DNA of 24,000 bases from Pseudomonadales bacterium. Lineage in GTDB: Bacteria; Pseudomonadota; Gammaproteobacteria; Pseudomonadales; DT-91. The position numbers and the translations under genes are program-made. How positions within the stretch are numbered: position 1 is the first letter of the stretch; the number at the start of each line of letters is the position of its first letter. Below, piece after piece: positions 9,116-18,575 of this stretch. The notes under the pieces were generated by a model, which was given only the letters and a program-made list of their open reading frames with translations, was not told the DNA's origin and ran no database searches. Where the stretch lies: positions 28,109 through 52,108 of the forward strand of contig JABSRQ010000026.1 in the NCBI GenBank assembly GCA_013215055.1, written 5' to 3'.

Positions 9116-9134
9116 AAGGTTAATGTAAGGTTTG

Positions 9135-9992
9135 TTATTCCGACTGCTGGTTTTTCGTGCGGCTCTTGCTCAGTTCACGTTTATTGATATCGTCATCTAA
9201 TGTGAAGGTCGCTATTTGATTACTCAAGTTCACATAGTCTTCTACTGACAGCTGCTCTGGGCGTTTTTTCAAATCTTGATTCAGTTCATCTAATTGCTCG
9301 GCGTTAAGCAGTTGTTTGAGATTGTTACGCAGGGTTTTACGGCGCTGCGAGAAACTGAATCTGACGACTTTATCCATCACCGCCATATCGGTTGCCTGAA
9401 GTGGGAAGGTTCTGGGTTTTAAACGTACAATCGCTGACATAACCTTGGGTGGAGGATTAAAAGCGGTGGGCGGTACATCAAAGAGTTTAAATACCTGACA
9501 ATAATACTGTGTCATCACGGTTAGACGGCCATAGGCTTTGCTATTCGGTTCGGCGGCTAATCTGTCCACCACTTCCAGCTGCAACATAAAGTGCATATCC
9601 TGGATTTTTTCCTGATACGTTAGCAGGTGGAAAATCAGCGGGGTGGAGATGTTATAAGGCAGGTTGCCCACAACTCGTAGTGGGCGTTCTTGCATTAAAT
9701 TGGCGAAGTTAAATTTAAGTGCATCGGCTTCGTGAACGGTTAAGCCTTCAGGCTCTAAACCGGCACGTAGAAACGGGATCAGATCACGATCTAATTCTAT
9801 CGCATTTAAAACATCCAGATATTCCAGCAAGGGGCGGGTCAACGCGCCTTGGCCTGGGCCAATTTCAACCATATTATCATTGGCTTTGGGCGCGATGGAG
9901 GCAACCAATCTATCGATAATGGACATGTCTTCTAAGAAATTTTGGCCAAAGCGTTTACGTGGGATATGGCCGAAGCTTACATTTTTTTTCAT
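9135..9992 (-). CDS. rsmA: 16S rRNA (adenine1518/1519-N6)-dimethyltransferase
   Basis: KRFGQNFL near the N-terminus, VEIGPGQGALT SAM motif, GNLPYNISTP. I place the start at ATG 9992 (MKKNVSFGHIPRKRFGQNFL), one nt after the pdxA stop (9994-9996). The 304-aa track ORF (to 10049) would overlap pdxA by 56 nt. Confidence 0.93.
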   Translation of the reverse strand: MKKNVSFGHIPRKRFGQNFLEDMSIIDRLVASIAPKANDNMVEIGPGQGALTRPLLEYLDVLNAIELDRDLIPFLRAGLEPEGLTVHEADALKFNFANLMQERPLRVVGNLPYNISTPLIFHLLTYQEKIQDMHFMLQLEVVDRLAAEPNSKAYGRLTVMTQYYCQVFKLFDVPPTAFNPPPKVMSAIVRLKPRTFPLQATDMAVMDKVVRFSFSQRRKTLRNNLKQLLNAEQLDELNQDLKKRPEQLSVEDYVNLSNQIATFTLDDDINKRELSKSRTKNQQSE

Positions 9993-9993
9993 A

Positions 9994-11010
9994 TTAATTC
10001 TGCTGCTGTTCTTTAGCGGTAGCCATGGTGGCGGCGATATTAATGGCACATAGTAGGCTGCCGGGATTGATATTACCCGTGCCGGCTAAATCCAGGGCCG
10101 TGCCATGATCTACCGAGGTGCGGATGATAGGCAGGCCTAAGGTAATATTAGCTGCCTGGCCAAAACCGTGGAATTTTAAAACCGGTAAACCCTGGTCGTG
10201 ATACATCGCCAATACGGCATCGGCATTAGCCAGGTATTTAGGGGTAAATAACGTATCTGCCGGAAGCGGGCCTTGTAAGGAAAAACCTTCTTTGCGTAAC
10301 TGATTTAATGCAGGAATGATTGTATCAATTTCTTCGCGCCCCAGATGGCCGTCTTCTCCGGCATGTGGGTTTAAGCCAGCAACTAAAATACGTGGGTTTT
10401 CTAAGCCAAAATAAGTTTTTAAATCGTCATGTAAAATTTGGGTTACTTGTTTTAGCAGTTTTTCATCGATGGCCGCAGCCACATCTTTTAACGGAATATG
10501 TGTGGTCACCAACGCAACACGTAAGTCTTCGGTCGCCAACATCATCACAACTTTTTCTGTTTGGGTTTTATCGGCTAAATATTCGGTATGGCCGCTAAAG
10601 TTATAGCCCGCCTCACAGATAATGGATTTTTGTACCGGCGCTGTGACCATGCCATTAAACAGACCGGAGACACAGCCTTCGATGGCGGTATCCAGTATCT
10701 GTAAAACATAGGTCGCATTAGCAACATTAAGTTGTCCTGTGCTCACTTGTTGTGGCAGATTGATGGTCAGGACTTTGATTTGATTCAGTGCATTAGCTTT
10801 AGCGGGCCGTGTTTTCAGATCATTGGCTGTAACTATTTCGAGTTTGAGCTGATCTAAACCCAGTGCCTTAGCGCGTTGCTGCAGTAATTCAGGGCAGGCC
10901 AGCGTGATGATTTCATGGCTTTGAGCCTGGCTGGCTAACATCAGGCATAAGTCCGGGCCAATGCCGGCGGGTTCTCCGCTGGTTAAAGCGAGGCGTTTGA
11001 TAGTGCTCAT
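9994..11010 (-). CDS. pdxA: 4-hydroxythreonine-4-phosphate dehydrogenase
   Basis: 338-aa ORF with LALTSGEPAGIGPDL, GHTEYL, NPHAGE and RTSVDHGTALD motifs. It occupies the classical position between surA and rsmA. Confidence 0.95.
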   Translation of the reverse strand: MSTIKRLALTSGEPAGIGPDLCLMLASQAQSHEIITLACPELLQQRAKALGLDQLKLEIVTANDLKTRPAKANALNQIKVLTINLPQQVSTGQLNVANATYVLQILDTAIEGCVSGLFNGMVTAPVQKSIICEAGYNFSGHTEYLADKTQTEKVVMMLATEDLRVALVTTHIPLKDVAAAIDEKLLKQVTQILHDDLKTYFGLENPRILVAGLNPHAGEDGHLGREEIDTIIPALNQLRKEGFSLQGPLPADTLFTPKYLANADAVLAMYHDQGLPVLKFHGFGQAANITLGLPIIRTSVDHGTALDLAGTGNINPGSLLCAINIAATMATAKEQQQN

Positions 11011-11016
11011 GATGCT

Positions 11017-12300
11017 CTACTTCAGCTCGATAAAGGCTTCGCTACGAATCTTCAGCTGCCAGCTATCCAGCTCTTCACTAAAGCGGCGTTCATACAAGGC
11101 TTGATAAGCCTGGTTTTTCTGGCTGTCCTGGGTCATATCATGGTCACGTTCGGCAAGCTTTTGCATGATATGCCAGCCGAACTGGCTTTTAAATGGTTTG
11201 CTGACTTCATCAATGGCTAACGCGGCCAAGGTTTTTTCGAAGGCGGGCACAAATTGGCCCGGCATGCTCCAACCCAAGTCTCCGCCTTGTAATGCTGAAC
11301 CCGGGTCCTCAGAATATTCCTTGGCTAACAGGGTGAAGTCTTCGCCTTTTTGAAGTCGTTCATATAAGGCGTTAATCTGGCGAGTAGCCTGGGATTCGTT
11401 ACGTACCTCCGACAGTTTAATTAATATATGACGGGCATGGGTTTGATGCACCACCTTCGCCGTGCCGCTGATATTGTTCATCTTTAATAGATGCCAGCCT
11501 GCACCTGAGCGTACCGGTTTGGAAATCTCTCCGGCCTGCATCTGGCTGGCGACTTCGGCAAAAAGAGAGGGTAGGTCATCGAAGCTGCGAGAACCTAAAT
11601 CAGCACCTGATATGGGCTGTTTTTTATAGCTTTTTCCTTGCACAAAACTATCGAAACGCTGCAGTTTAGCCAGAATATCGCTGCGCAGTTGGGCTAAGGT
11701 TTTTTCTGCTTTTTTGATTTGAGCTTTTGAACTGCCTTCATCAACCGGCAATAATAAATGGCTGAGATGATAGCGGGTGGTGGTCATGGCCTTGCCTTCG
11801 GCCGATTGTAAAAAACTGGCAATATCGTTATCAGAGATTTGAATATTGCTGCGTAAATGGCCTTGTTGTACTTGCTGCATGGTCATATCACGGCGCACTT
11901 GCTCACGCATCTGATGGTAATCTAAGCCGTCTTTATCTAAACGTAGACGAAATTCTTGTAACGTAACTCCGTTGCGTTGAGCGATATTATCAATCGCACT
12001 GGTTAACTGTTCTTCGGAGATATGTACACCGGCACGCCTGGCTAACTGTAATTGCAGGCTTTCCAGAATCAGCCTGTCCATGACCTGCTTAGCGATTTCT
12101 TCTTCAGCTGGCATGGGGCGCTTCTGTTTATTCAGATTACTCATAATCTGTTTGAGCTTGTTGTCTACATCACTTTGGGTGATAACATCGTCATCGACGA
12201 TGGCAACAATTTTATCTAAGGATTGAAGTTCAGCCTGTGCTGAAAGCGCCGTTAAGCTGAAACACAGGGTAAGGAAAAGCTGTTTTATGGATTTATTCAC
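11017..12300 (-). CDS. surA: Periplasmic chaperone / peptidyl-prolyl isomerase SurA
   Basis: 427-aa ORF with a signal peptide (LTLCFSLTALSAQA). It has a SurA N-domain and two parvulin-like regions (ARHILIK..., GGDLGW...F). It overlaps the lptD stop by 8 nt. Confidence 0.93.
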   Translation of the reverse strand: MNKSIKQLFLTLCFSLTALSAQAELQSLDKIVAIVDDDVITQSDVDNKLKQIMSNLNKQKRPMPAEEEIAKQVMDRLILESLQLQLARRAGVHISEEQLTSAIDNIAQRNGVTLQEFRLRLDKDGLDYHQMREQVRRDMTMQQVQQGHLRSNIQISDNDIASFLQSAEGKAMTTTRYHLSHLLLPVDEGSSKAQIKKAEKTLAQLRSDILAKLQRFDSFVQGKSYKKQPISGADLGSRSFDDLPSLFAEVASQMQAGEISKPVRSGAGWHLLKMNNISGTAKVVHQTHARHILIKLSEVRNESQATRQINALYERLQKGEDFTLLAKEYSEDPGSALQGGDLGWSMPGQFVPAFEKTLAALAIDEVSKPFKSQFGWHIMQKLAERDHDMTQDSQKNQAYQALYERRFSEELDSWQLKIRSEAFIELK

Positions 12301-14848
12301 TTCGTTGATAACCTTGAATTTGCTCTTGCAGGATACGGGTTAAACTACTATTTATGCCACCTAGGCCTTTGAATTCAAATTGAATGTGCCAGATATGTTC
12401 ATAGCTGGCGTCTTCATATTCAGGAATGGTAGTGCCTTCGTTAAAGGTTCTACGTTCGTTTTGATAGGCGAATGTTACGTTAAAGCAACAGCCCACATAT
12501 TCCAAGCCCGTAATACTGTCTATACGTTCATTTTTCCCGATATCATAGTTGGCTCTGGCAAAAAAGCGCCAGTCGCGGAAGATGGGGGCATAAACCGAGA
12601 GATCAATTTGTTCGCTGTCAGCATTAAAGGCGCTATCTTCATTGCCGGGTTCAATAATCGGCAGATTCTCTTTATAACGGTAACCGGCATTAAAAATATA
12701 ACCGTCTTTATTTTGTAAGTGATAGATCAGGGAGGCCTCTTCACCATCGCCGTTATAAGGGTCTATGACAAAATTAGCGATAAGACTTTCGGTCTCGGAC
12801 AATGTCAGGCGTCCGGTCATCGCGATATCGGATGCAGCACGGTAATATTTTTTATCGATAATCTCATTGCGGGCCTGTTTTATTTCTTTAACCGCCTGGC
12901 TATCGTCGGCTTCTATGCTTAAAAATTCTTTATCGACGGCATCTAATACCACTTCCCGGTCTTTAAAATAGATGATTTGCCCTATGCCCACAGAGAGAAT
13001 GTTATTGCCGTTTTTGCCATTAAGAAATTCACTTTCCAAGGCCAGGGTCACTTGATTGGCATCATCGATACGGTCATAACCGGAGAAGCGGCTTTCGCGG
13101 AATAATTGGTTATAGGTGAAAACGTTTTCGGTGGTATCAAAAAATAATAAATCTTCCTGGCCTTCTTCAAAGCCACTGTATAAATAATACAGCCTTGGGG
13201 TTAGCGTCTGCGTGAAGGTTTGTCCGGCGAAGCTGTAATCACGCTCCAAAAATAAGCGGTTATCCAGTTTTAACATAGGCGCGGTAATGCTGGTGTGGCC
13301 ACTGGAGACGGCAGGTGATGTTGTTGAACCATCGCTGCTGCCGGTAAAGTCAAAATCGGTGCGGCGTATTTTGATGACCGGGTCTAGTTTATAAGCCTGC
13401 CAAGCCATGGGGAAGGTGACACCGGGGGCGTTATAAATACGATGGGCGCGGATTTCATTGGAGTGATCAAAAAACGTGTATTGTGCGGTATAAAGCGCCG
13501 TTGCATGGAAGTTTTTAATTTTACCTAGGTGAAAAACATCCACTCTGGGCCAGTGTCTATAGGGTTTATTGCTTTGATCCAGTTCCAGGGATTGATAATC
13601 CACCAGGCTGGTTTTAACGCTCCAGCTACTGCTGCGGTAATTTAGCTGGGCCTGACGTTTGATATTCAGGGTTTTTTGAATATCTAAACCCACATCACCC
13701 CAGTCACGGAAATAATGAATATCACTGACGGCGGTATAATCGATATAGGTTGACCAGTTTTTATTAAATCGGCCTTCTTCGTGAACCGCGGCTAACCAGC
13801 GGCTGGAATCCAAATCGGGTACATCACCGGTGCTTGTCTCACCAATAAGTTTGTCATCATCAATATACGTAGTGTCTACCTGCCATTCACTCCAGTTGTT
13901 TAAATAACGGCCTTGCATACCGTGTAATATGCCGTGATCGCCGTTATAGCGTGGTGAATAGGTCATATCGTAATTGGGTGCTAAGTTGATATAGATGGGC
14001 ACGGTGACATCGATGCCTCCGCCTTGAACGGTGGAAAAAGTGGGGAATAATAAGCCGGTTTTACGTCGATCATCGATGGGGAAATCCAGATACGGGAAAT
14101 ACATCACGGGAATGTTTTCCACATAAAACACCGCATGTTTAGCCGTACCCCAGCCTTTCTCTTTGTCTATTTCCAGATGCTTAGCAGCGACTGCCCAGTG
14201 TTCGTTATTGGGCGGGCAGGCGGTGAAGCGTGTATCTTGCATATTCAGCATGCCGGTGTGGCTGTTATCAAAATTCATGATGTCGGCATTGCCACGCAGG
14301 TTTTCATTGACTAATAAATATTGGGTATCTTTCATCACCAAGCGGTCGTCATCACCAAATAACTGCATGGTGTCTGCGCTTAATAGCAGGCCTTCTTCGC
14401 GGTATTGAATATTGCCGTGTAATTCTGCGTAATTTTTGCTTTGGGAATACGACATGCTGTCACAGCGAAACCGGCGACTGCCGTGATAGATTTCTACATC
14501 GCCGCTGAAAACCGTATACCCATTGCCCGCTCTATCCACCGACTCGGCAGAGATACGCATATTGGCTTCTTCGGGGTTAACGTTTTTTTCCGGATTGGGG
14601 TTTTGTGGCACCTGATAATAACCGCCGCAGGCATTGGCTTCTTCATCCACCACCCAATCCATATGTTTGCCACTGACGATGGAGGCTTTCATGGCATCAT
14701 GATATTCCTCGTTAGTCGGGGCTTTCTTGCTTTGCTGAAGCTCGGTCAGTGCCTTTACCGGTGCAGGGCAAAGTGCATTGGATGCCCAGGTTTGGCCAGA
14801 TACACATAGGATAAACGCAGGCAAGAAACGAAATAAAAACGTGTGCAT
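12293..14848 (-). CDS. lptD: LPS-assembly outer-membrane protein LptD
   Basis: 851-aa ORF with a signal peptide, an OstA-like N-terminal domain and a long aromatic/Gly-rich beta-barrel region. It lies immediately upstream of surA, as in E. coli and Pseudomonas. Confidence 0.93.
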   Translation of the reverse strand: MHTFLFRFLPAFILCVSGQTWASNALCPAPVKALTELQQSKKAPTNEEYHDAMKASIVSGKHMDWVVDEEANACGGYYQVPQNPNPEKNVNPEEANMRISAESVDRAGNGYTVFSGDVEIYHGSRRFRCDSMSYSQSKNYAELHGNIQYREEGLLLSADTMQLFGDDDRLVMKDTQYLLVNENLRGNADIMNFDNSHTGMLNMQDTRFTACPPNNEHWAVAAKHLEIDKEKGWGTAKHAVFYVENIPVMYFPYLDFPIDDRRKTGLLFPTFSTVQGGGIDVTVPIYINLAPNYDMTYSPRYNGDHGILHGMQGRYLNNWSEWQVDTTYIDDDKLIGETSTGDVPDLDSSRWLAAVHEEGRFNKNWSTYIDYTAVSDIHYFRDWGDVGLDIQKTLNIKRQAQLNYRSSSWSVKTSLVDYQSLELDQSNKPYRHWPRVDVFHLGKIKNFHATALYTAQYTFFDHSNEIRAHRIYNAPGVTFPMAWQAYKLDPVIKIRRTDFDFTGSSDGSTTSPAVSSGHTSITAPMLKLDNRLFLERDYSFAGQTFTQTLTPRLYYLYSGFEEGQEDLLFFDTTENVFTYNQLFRESRFSGYDRIDDANQVTLALESEFLNGKNGNNILSVGIGQIIYFKDREVVLDAVDKEFLSIEADDSQAVKEIKQARNEIIDKKYYRAASDIAMTGRLTLSETESLIANFVIDPYNGDGEEASLIYHLQNKDGYIFNAGYRYKENLPIIEPGNEDSAFNADSEQIDLSVYAPIFRDWRFFARANYDIGKNERIDSITGLEYVGCCFNVTFAYQNERRTFNEGTTIPEYEDASYEHIWHIQFEFKGLGGINSSLTRILQEQIQGYQRSE

Positions 14849-14937
14849 GTGTGGCTGTATTTTACCTATCGCAAGGGGGATCAGTTTTTTGGCCGCTTAC
14901 TATACCATGTTGCCAGCAAAAAACGCATAATCACAGG

Positions 14938-14951
14938 CCCTATCGATAGGG
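14938..14951. promoter_or_regulatory. Perfect 14-bp palindrome CCCTATCGATAGGG in the divergent lptD/amgK control region
   Basis: Read directly from the sequence. It is followed on the plus strand by TTTTTGCCCTTTTT. There is no upstream plus-strand gene to terminate, so an operator or 5'-UTR structure is more plausible than a terminator. Confidence 0.3.
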
Positions 14952-15003
14952 TTTTTGCCCTTTTTATTGCTTTGTCGGGGCAGGTCAGACAAAAGAGAGA
15001 TGT

Positions 15004-16068
15004 ATGTCAGAAGCGCTTATACAAAATTGGGTTTTGCAGCAGTTAAAATGCGCCAGCTTAGATGAATTGCAGTGGCAGGCTTTATCGGGTGATGCCAGTT
15101 TTCGCCGCTATTTTCGCTGTCAGACTAAGGGGGCGCGCTATATTGTAGCCCTGGCGCCACCCGCCACAGAAAAGAATCATGAGTTTGTGCGCATTTCAAA
15201 ATTACTGAATGATGCCGGAATCAAAGCCTCTGAAGTGCTTGCGGTAGATTATGATCAGGGCTTTATTCTACAAAAAGATTTAGGCCATGAACTACTGGCA
15301 GATCGTTTAACAGCCGCGACGGCCGATGTTTTATATACCCAGGCGATGCAGCAATTATTGCAGATGCAACAAATACCCTCTGCGGCGTTAACGGCTATTC
15401 CCGCTTATGATATTCCAGCTTTACAGCTGGAATGTTCGTATTTCAGTGACTGGTTTGTTGAAAAAATGCTGGGCTATCACTTATCTGAGGTAGAAAAGCC
15501 CATGTTACAAGCTTTCTTTGATGAGCTATGTACATCAGCCGAAAACCAGCCTCAGGGTTTTGTGCATAGAGATTATCATTGTCGAAATCTCATGTTAACG
15601 ACGGATAATGATCTGGCGACCATCGATTTTCAGGATGCCTTAGTTGGGCCTATGACCTACGACTTGGTCTCTCTTTTACGTGATTGTTATGTGGTCTGGC
15701 CAGATGAAAAATTGCAGCACTGGTTAAAGCAGTTTTTTACCTTATTAGAAAAAGAAGGCTTGGTTGAGAAGGGGTTTGATTTTCAAGCTTTAAAGCAGGC
15801 CTTTGATTTAATGGGTTTGCAGCGTCATATCAAGGTTTTGGGTATATTTGCCCGCTTATCCCTTCGTGATAATAAGCATGGCTATTTAGATGATTTACCT
15901 ACCGTGGTGAACTATGTCAAAATCATCGCCGCTAAAAAGTCCGTCGATTCGCCTGCTTGCCAGGCTTTTTCAAGCTGGTTTGAGGCAACGTTAATGCCGC
16001 TGATAAGTTCACAAAACTGGTGGACGCCGGCATTGATTGAAAAAAACATTATGGATGTGTCGCGATGA
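15004..16068 (+). CDS. amgK: N-acetylmuramate/N-acetylglucosamine kinase (aminoglycoside-phosphotransferase-fold, AmgK-like)
   Basis: 354-aa ORF of the APH/choline-kinase-like family (HRDYHCRNLM, IDFQDA). It is translationally coupled (ATGA overlap at 16065-16068) to a MurU-like nucleotidyltransferase and divergent from lptD, the arrangement known from Pseudomonas. Confidence 0.75.
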   Translation: MSEALIQNWVLQQLKCASLDELQWQALSGDASFRRYFRCQTKGARYIVALAPPATEKNHEFVRISKLLNDAGIKASEVLAVDYDQGFILQKDLGHELLADRLTAATADVLYTQAMQQLLQMQQIPSAALTAIPAYDIPALQLECSYFSDWFVEKMLGYHLSEVEKPMLQAFFDELCTSAENQPQGFVHRDYHCRNLMLTTDNDLATIDFQDALVGPMTYDLVSLLRDCYVVWPDEKLQHWLKQFFTLLEKEGLVEKGFDFQALKQAFDLMGLQRHIKVLGIFARLSLRDNKHGYLDDLPTVVNYVKIIAAKKSVDSPACQAFSSWFEATLMPLISSQNWWTPALIEKNIMDVSR

Positions 16069-16748
16069 AGGCGATGATTTTAGCGGCTGGTTTTGGCAAG
16101 CGTATGTTGCCGTTAACGGCCGCAACACCTAAGCCGCTCTTAAAAGTGAATGATCAAAGCCTGATTGAATATCCTATCAAAAAATTAGCGGCCTTGGGTG
16201 TGACGGAAATCGTTATTAATCATGCACATCTTGGCGCTAAGATTGTGGCCGCCTTGGGTGATGGTTCACGGTTTGGTGTGAGTATTCACTACTCAGAAGA
16301 GGTAGAGCCTTTAGAGACTGCCGGCGGTATAGCTAACGCTTTGACGTTGCTGGGAGATCAGCCTTTTATATTGATTAATGGTGATATCTGGACCGATATG
16401 GATTTAACTTCACTGCGTGATATTCAATTAAAAGGTCTGGGTCATTTAGTCTTGGTGAACAACCCTGAACATAATGTTAAAGGTGATTTTTCCATGCATG
16501 AATCGGGTTTGTTAACGGCGCTAGATAGCGGCGGAAAACCGGGTTTTACCTATAGCGGCATGGCCGTTTTAAGCCCGGCATTATTTGCCCGTTATAATAT
16601 TCATGAAGGCCCATTGGCACCGTTATTACGGTTGGCATTGGCCGATCAACAATTAACCGCACAGTTACATAAAGGTTTGTGGTTTGATGTGGGCACGCCT
16701 CAGCGCCTTTTGCATGTTGATGCTTTACTGCGTAGTAGGGTAAAATAG
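16065..16748 (+). CDS. murU: N-acetylmuramate alpha-1-phosphate uridylyltransferase
   Basis: 227-aa ORF with the N-terminal sugar-nucleotidyltransferase motif [18 protein letters not shown]. It pairs with the amgK-like gene. Confidence 0.8.
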   Translation: MKAMILAAGFGKRMLPLTAATPKPLLKVNDQSLIEYPIKKLAALGVTEIVINHAHLGAKIVAALGDGSRFGVSIHYSEEVEPLETAGGIANALTLLGDQPFILINGDIWTDMDLTSLRDIQLKGLGHLVLVNNPEHNVKGDFSMHESGLLTALDSGGKPGFTYSGMAVLSPALFARYNIHEGPLAPLLRLALADQQLTAQLHKGLWFDVGTPQRLLHVDALLRSRVK

Positions 16749-16788
16749 CCCGCTTTCCTCACACCGTCTTGTAATACAGGTACCAACC

Positions 16789-17457
16789 ATGGCTGATTTT
16801 AAGATTGCTCCCTCCATTCTCTCTGCTGATTTTGCCCGCCTTGGTGAAGAAGTTGAAAAGGTATTAGCCAGCGGTGCTGATATTGTGCATTTTGACGTGA
16901 TGGATAATCACTATGTGCCTAATTTAACCATTGGGCCTATGGTCTGTAAGGCCCTGCGTGATTACGGTATCACCGCCGATATTGATATACATTTAATGGT
17001 GAGCCCGGTGGATGAATTGATTGGCCAATTCGCCGATGCGGGCGCAACCTATATTACTTTTCACCCGGATGCCTCAACCCATGTTGATCGGTCTTTACAG
17101 CTGATTAGAAACGCAGGTTGTAAAGCCGGCCTGGTATTTAATCCGGCGGCAAGCCTGGATGCCACTAAATATGTGTTAGATAAGCTGGATATGATTTTGT
17201 TGATGTCGGTAAACCCTGGTTTTGGTGGCCAAAGCTTTATCCCTTCAACATTAGATAAACTTAGAGAAGCGCGCGCGTTAATCGATAATAATCATCTCGA
17301 TTGCAGGTTGGAAGTTGATGGGGGTGTGAAGGTGGATAATATTGCCGAGATCGCTGCCGCCGGTGCCGATACCTTTGTTGCAGGTTCTGCGATTTTTAAT
17401 CAGCCTGATTACAAGGCTGTGATTGATCAAATGCGTGCTGAACTAGCGAAGGTGTAA
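16789..17457 (+). CDS. rpe: Ribulose-phosphate 3-epimerase
   Basis: 222-aa ORF with [30 protein letters not shown] and [10 protein letters not shown]. Confidence 0.95.
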   Translation: MADFKIAPSILSADFARLGEEVEKVLASGADIVHFDVMDNHYVPNLTIGPMVCKALRDYGITADIDIHLMVSPVDELIGQFADAGATYITFHPDASTHVDRSLQLIRNAGCKAGLVFNPAASLDATKYVLDKLDMILLMSVNPGFGGQSFIPSTLDKLREARALIDNNHLDCRLEVDGGVKVDNIAEIAAAGADTFVAGSAIFNQPDYKAVIDQMRAELAKV

Positions 17458-17465
17458 TTTTAACC

Positions 17466-18149
17466 GTGTTATTAACTGCATTGTTTGACGGTCGACTTCC
17501 ACAGGCCGTTTTTTTTGATTTGGACGGCACATTAATCGATAGCGTGCCCGATTTAGCTTGTGCTATCGATCAGATGTTGCAGGCTTTGGGTTTACCCTTG
17601 GCGGGCGTGGATAATGTACATCTGTGGGTAGGTAATGGGGCGCAAGTGCTTGTTGAACGCGCCATCACCTGGGCCTGTAAAGAGCAGGATGTTGATGTTG
17701 ATATTGATAGGGAAAAATCCCTGCAGATGTTTTTAGATTTTTATGCGTTGGCAGCCGGGCATTCAACCCTGTATCCGAATGTGTTGACGTTATTAAATTA
17801 TCTGCATAGACAAAAAATCCCCTTGGTATTAATCACTAATAAACCTAGGCGTTTTACGCCTGCGATTCTACTGCAGCATCAGATTGAGCATGTATTTGAA
17901 CTGCTTTTATGTGGCGATGACTTAGCCGATAAAAAACCTCATCCAGCGCAGATTTTACATGCGGTGCAAACCTTGGGGCTTGAAGCCGGGCAATGTTTGA
18001 TGGTGGGGGATTCGGTCAGTGATATTGATGCGGCGGTGGCGGCCAAGGTTAAATCGGTTGCGGTGACCTACGGTTATAACCATGGTGTGTGTGCCAAGAC
18101 CTTAAATGCCGATGCCTTTGTCGATGATTTAGCCGAGTTACTGGTTTAA
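17466..18149 (+). CDS. gph: Phosphoglycolate phosphatase (HAD superfamily)
   Basis: 227-aa ORF with the HAD motif I FFDLDGTLIDS, ITNKP and GDSVSDIDAA. It follows rpe as in many gammaproteobacteria. The start is GTG 17466; TTG 17481 is an alternative. Confidence 0.85.
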   Translation: MLLTALFDGRLPQAVFFDLDGTLIDSVPDLACAIDQMLQALGLPLAGVDNVHLWVGNGAQVLVERAITWACKEQDVDVDIDREKSLQMFLDFYALAAGHSTLYPNVLTLLNYLHRQKIPLVLITNKPRRFTPAILLQHQIEHVFELLLCGDDLADKKPHPAQILHAVQTLGLEAGQCLMVGDSVSDIDAAVAAKVKSVAVTYGYNHGVCAKTLNADAFVDDLAELLV

Positions 18150-18182
18150 GTGAGTGTTACTGACTCATGAATGGGCAAATAC

Positions 18183-18212
18183 AAAAAAGGCGACTTTATC
18201 AGTCGCCTTTTT
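18183..18212. terminator. Bidirectional rho-independent terminator
   Basis: A6-GGCGACT-TTATC-AGTCGCC-T5. The 7-bp GC-rich stem (18189-18195 / 18201-18207) is flanked by an A-run and a T-run. It lies 34 nt after the gph stop and downstream of the minus-strand small ORF. Confidence 0.75.
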
Positions 18213-18281
18213 AGCTTTTGGTGATATATAGGCTTATGTATCAGCTTCTATATCATGTTATCCCTAACTTGGATTCCCATC

Positions 18282-18306
18282 TTACCTAAGGTGAAGCCTT
18301 AGGTAA
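18282..18306. repeat. Perfect 10-bp inverted repeat (hairpin) overlapping the stop codon of the small ORF
   Basis: TTACCTAAGG (18282-18291), loop TGAAG, CCTTAGGTAA (18297-18306). There is no U-tract on either strand. Confidence 0.5.
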
Positions 18307-18427
18307 TCAGATTCCAATTCCCTGCGATAATTGCTATTAAGAGTAAAGCGCCAGAGAAAGCTTGAATTGTTATTTTTGCTGTTTCTGCATCACTTCTATC
18401 TTTGATTTCATCGATCCAATTTTTCAT
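18299..18427 (-). CDS. Candidate small membrane peptide (42 aa), unannotated in the ORF track
   Basis: Hand translation gives MKNWIDEIKDRSDAETAKITIQAFSGALLLIAIIAGNWNLIT, then TAA at 18299-18301. AGAGGAAA lies 6 nt before the ATG (18427). The N-terminal half is charged and is followed by one hydrophobic segment. No homology recognised. Confidence 0.35.
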   Translation of the reverse strand: MKNWIDEIKDRSDAETAKITIQAFSGALLLIAIIAGNWNLIT

Positions 18428-18475
18428 GGGGATTTCCTCTTTCAGTGAATACATGTTTAGCATAACCACTTTTTG

Positions 18476-18491
18476 TAGAATGCCTATTCTA
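18476..18491. promoter_or_regulatory. Palindrome TAGAAT-GCCT-ATTCTA: possible face-to-face -10 boxes or operator
   Basis: It reads TAGAAT on both strands. One copy points to trpG and the other to the 42-codon ORF. I could not find convincing -35 boxes. Confidence 0.25.
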
Positions 18492-18575
18492 AAAAGCTAG
18501 AAAGAGGAGAAAGCCTGGTGTAAATACGCTTTTTTCATAAAACGGTCACATTTTTAGCGGTTTTGGCGATGAGAT

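Noticed and set aside
9993-10049. N-terminal extension of rsmA (MPLISPPPWLPLKNSSRIN) in the track ORF.
   Set aside because: It would overlap pdxA by 56 nt. The conserved RsmA N-terminus begins at the ATG at 9992, which sits one nt after the pdxA stop.
18222-18258. Imperfect inverted repeat TGATATA ... TATATCA in the gph-trpG spacer, and TGAGT-N7-ACTCA right after the gph stop (18151-18167).
   Set aside because: The arms are 5-7 bp and AT-rich, with long or mismatched spacers. This is expected by chance in AT-rich DNA.
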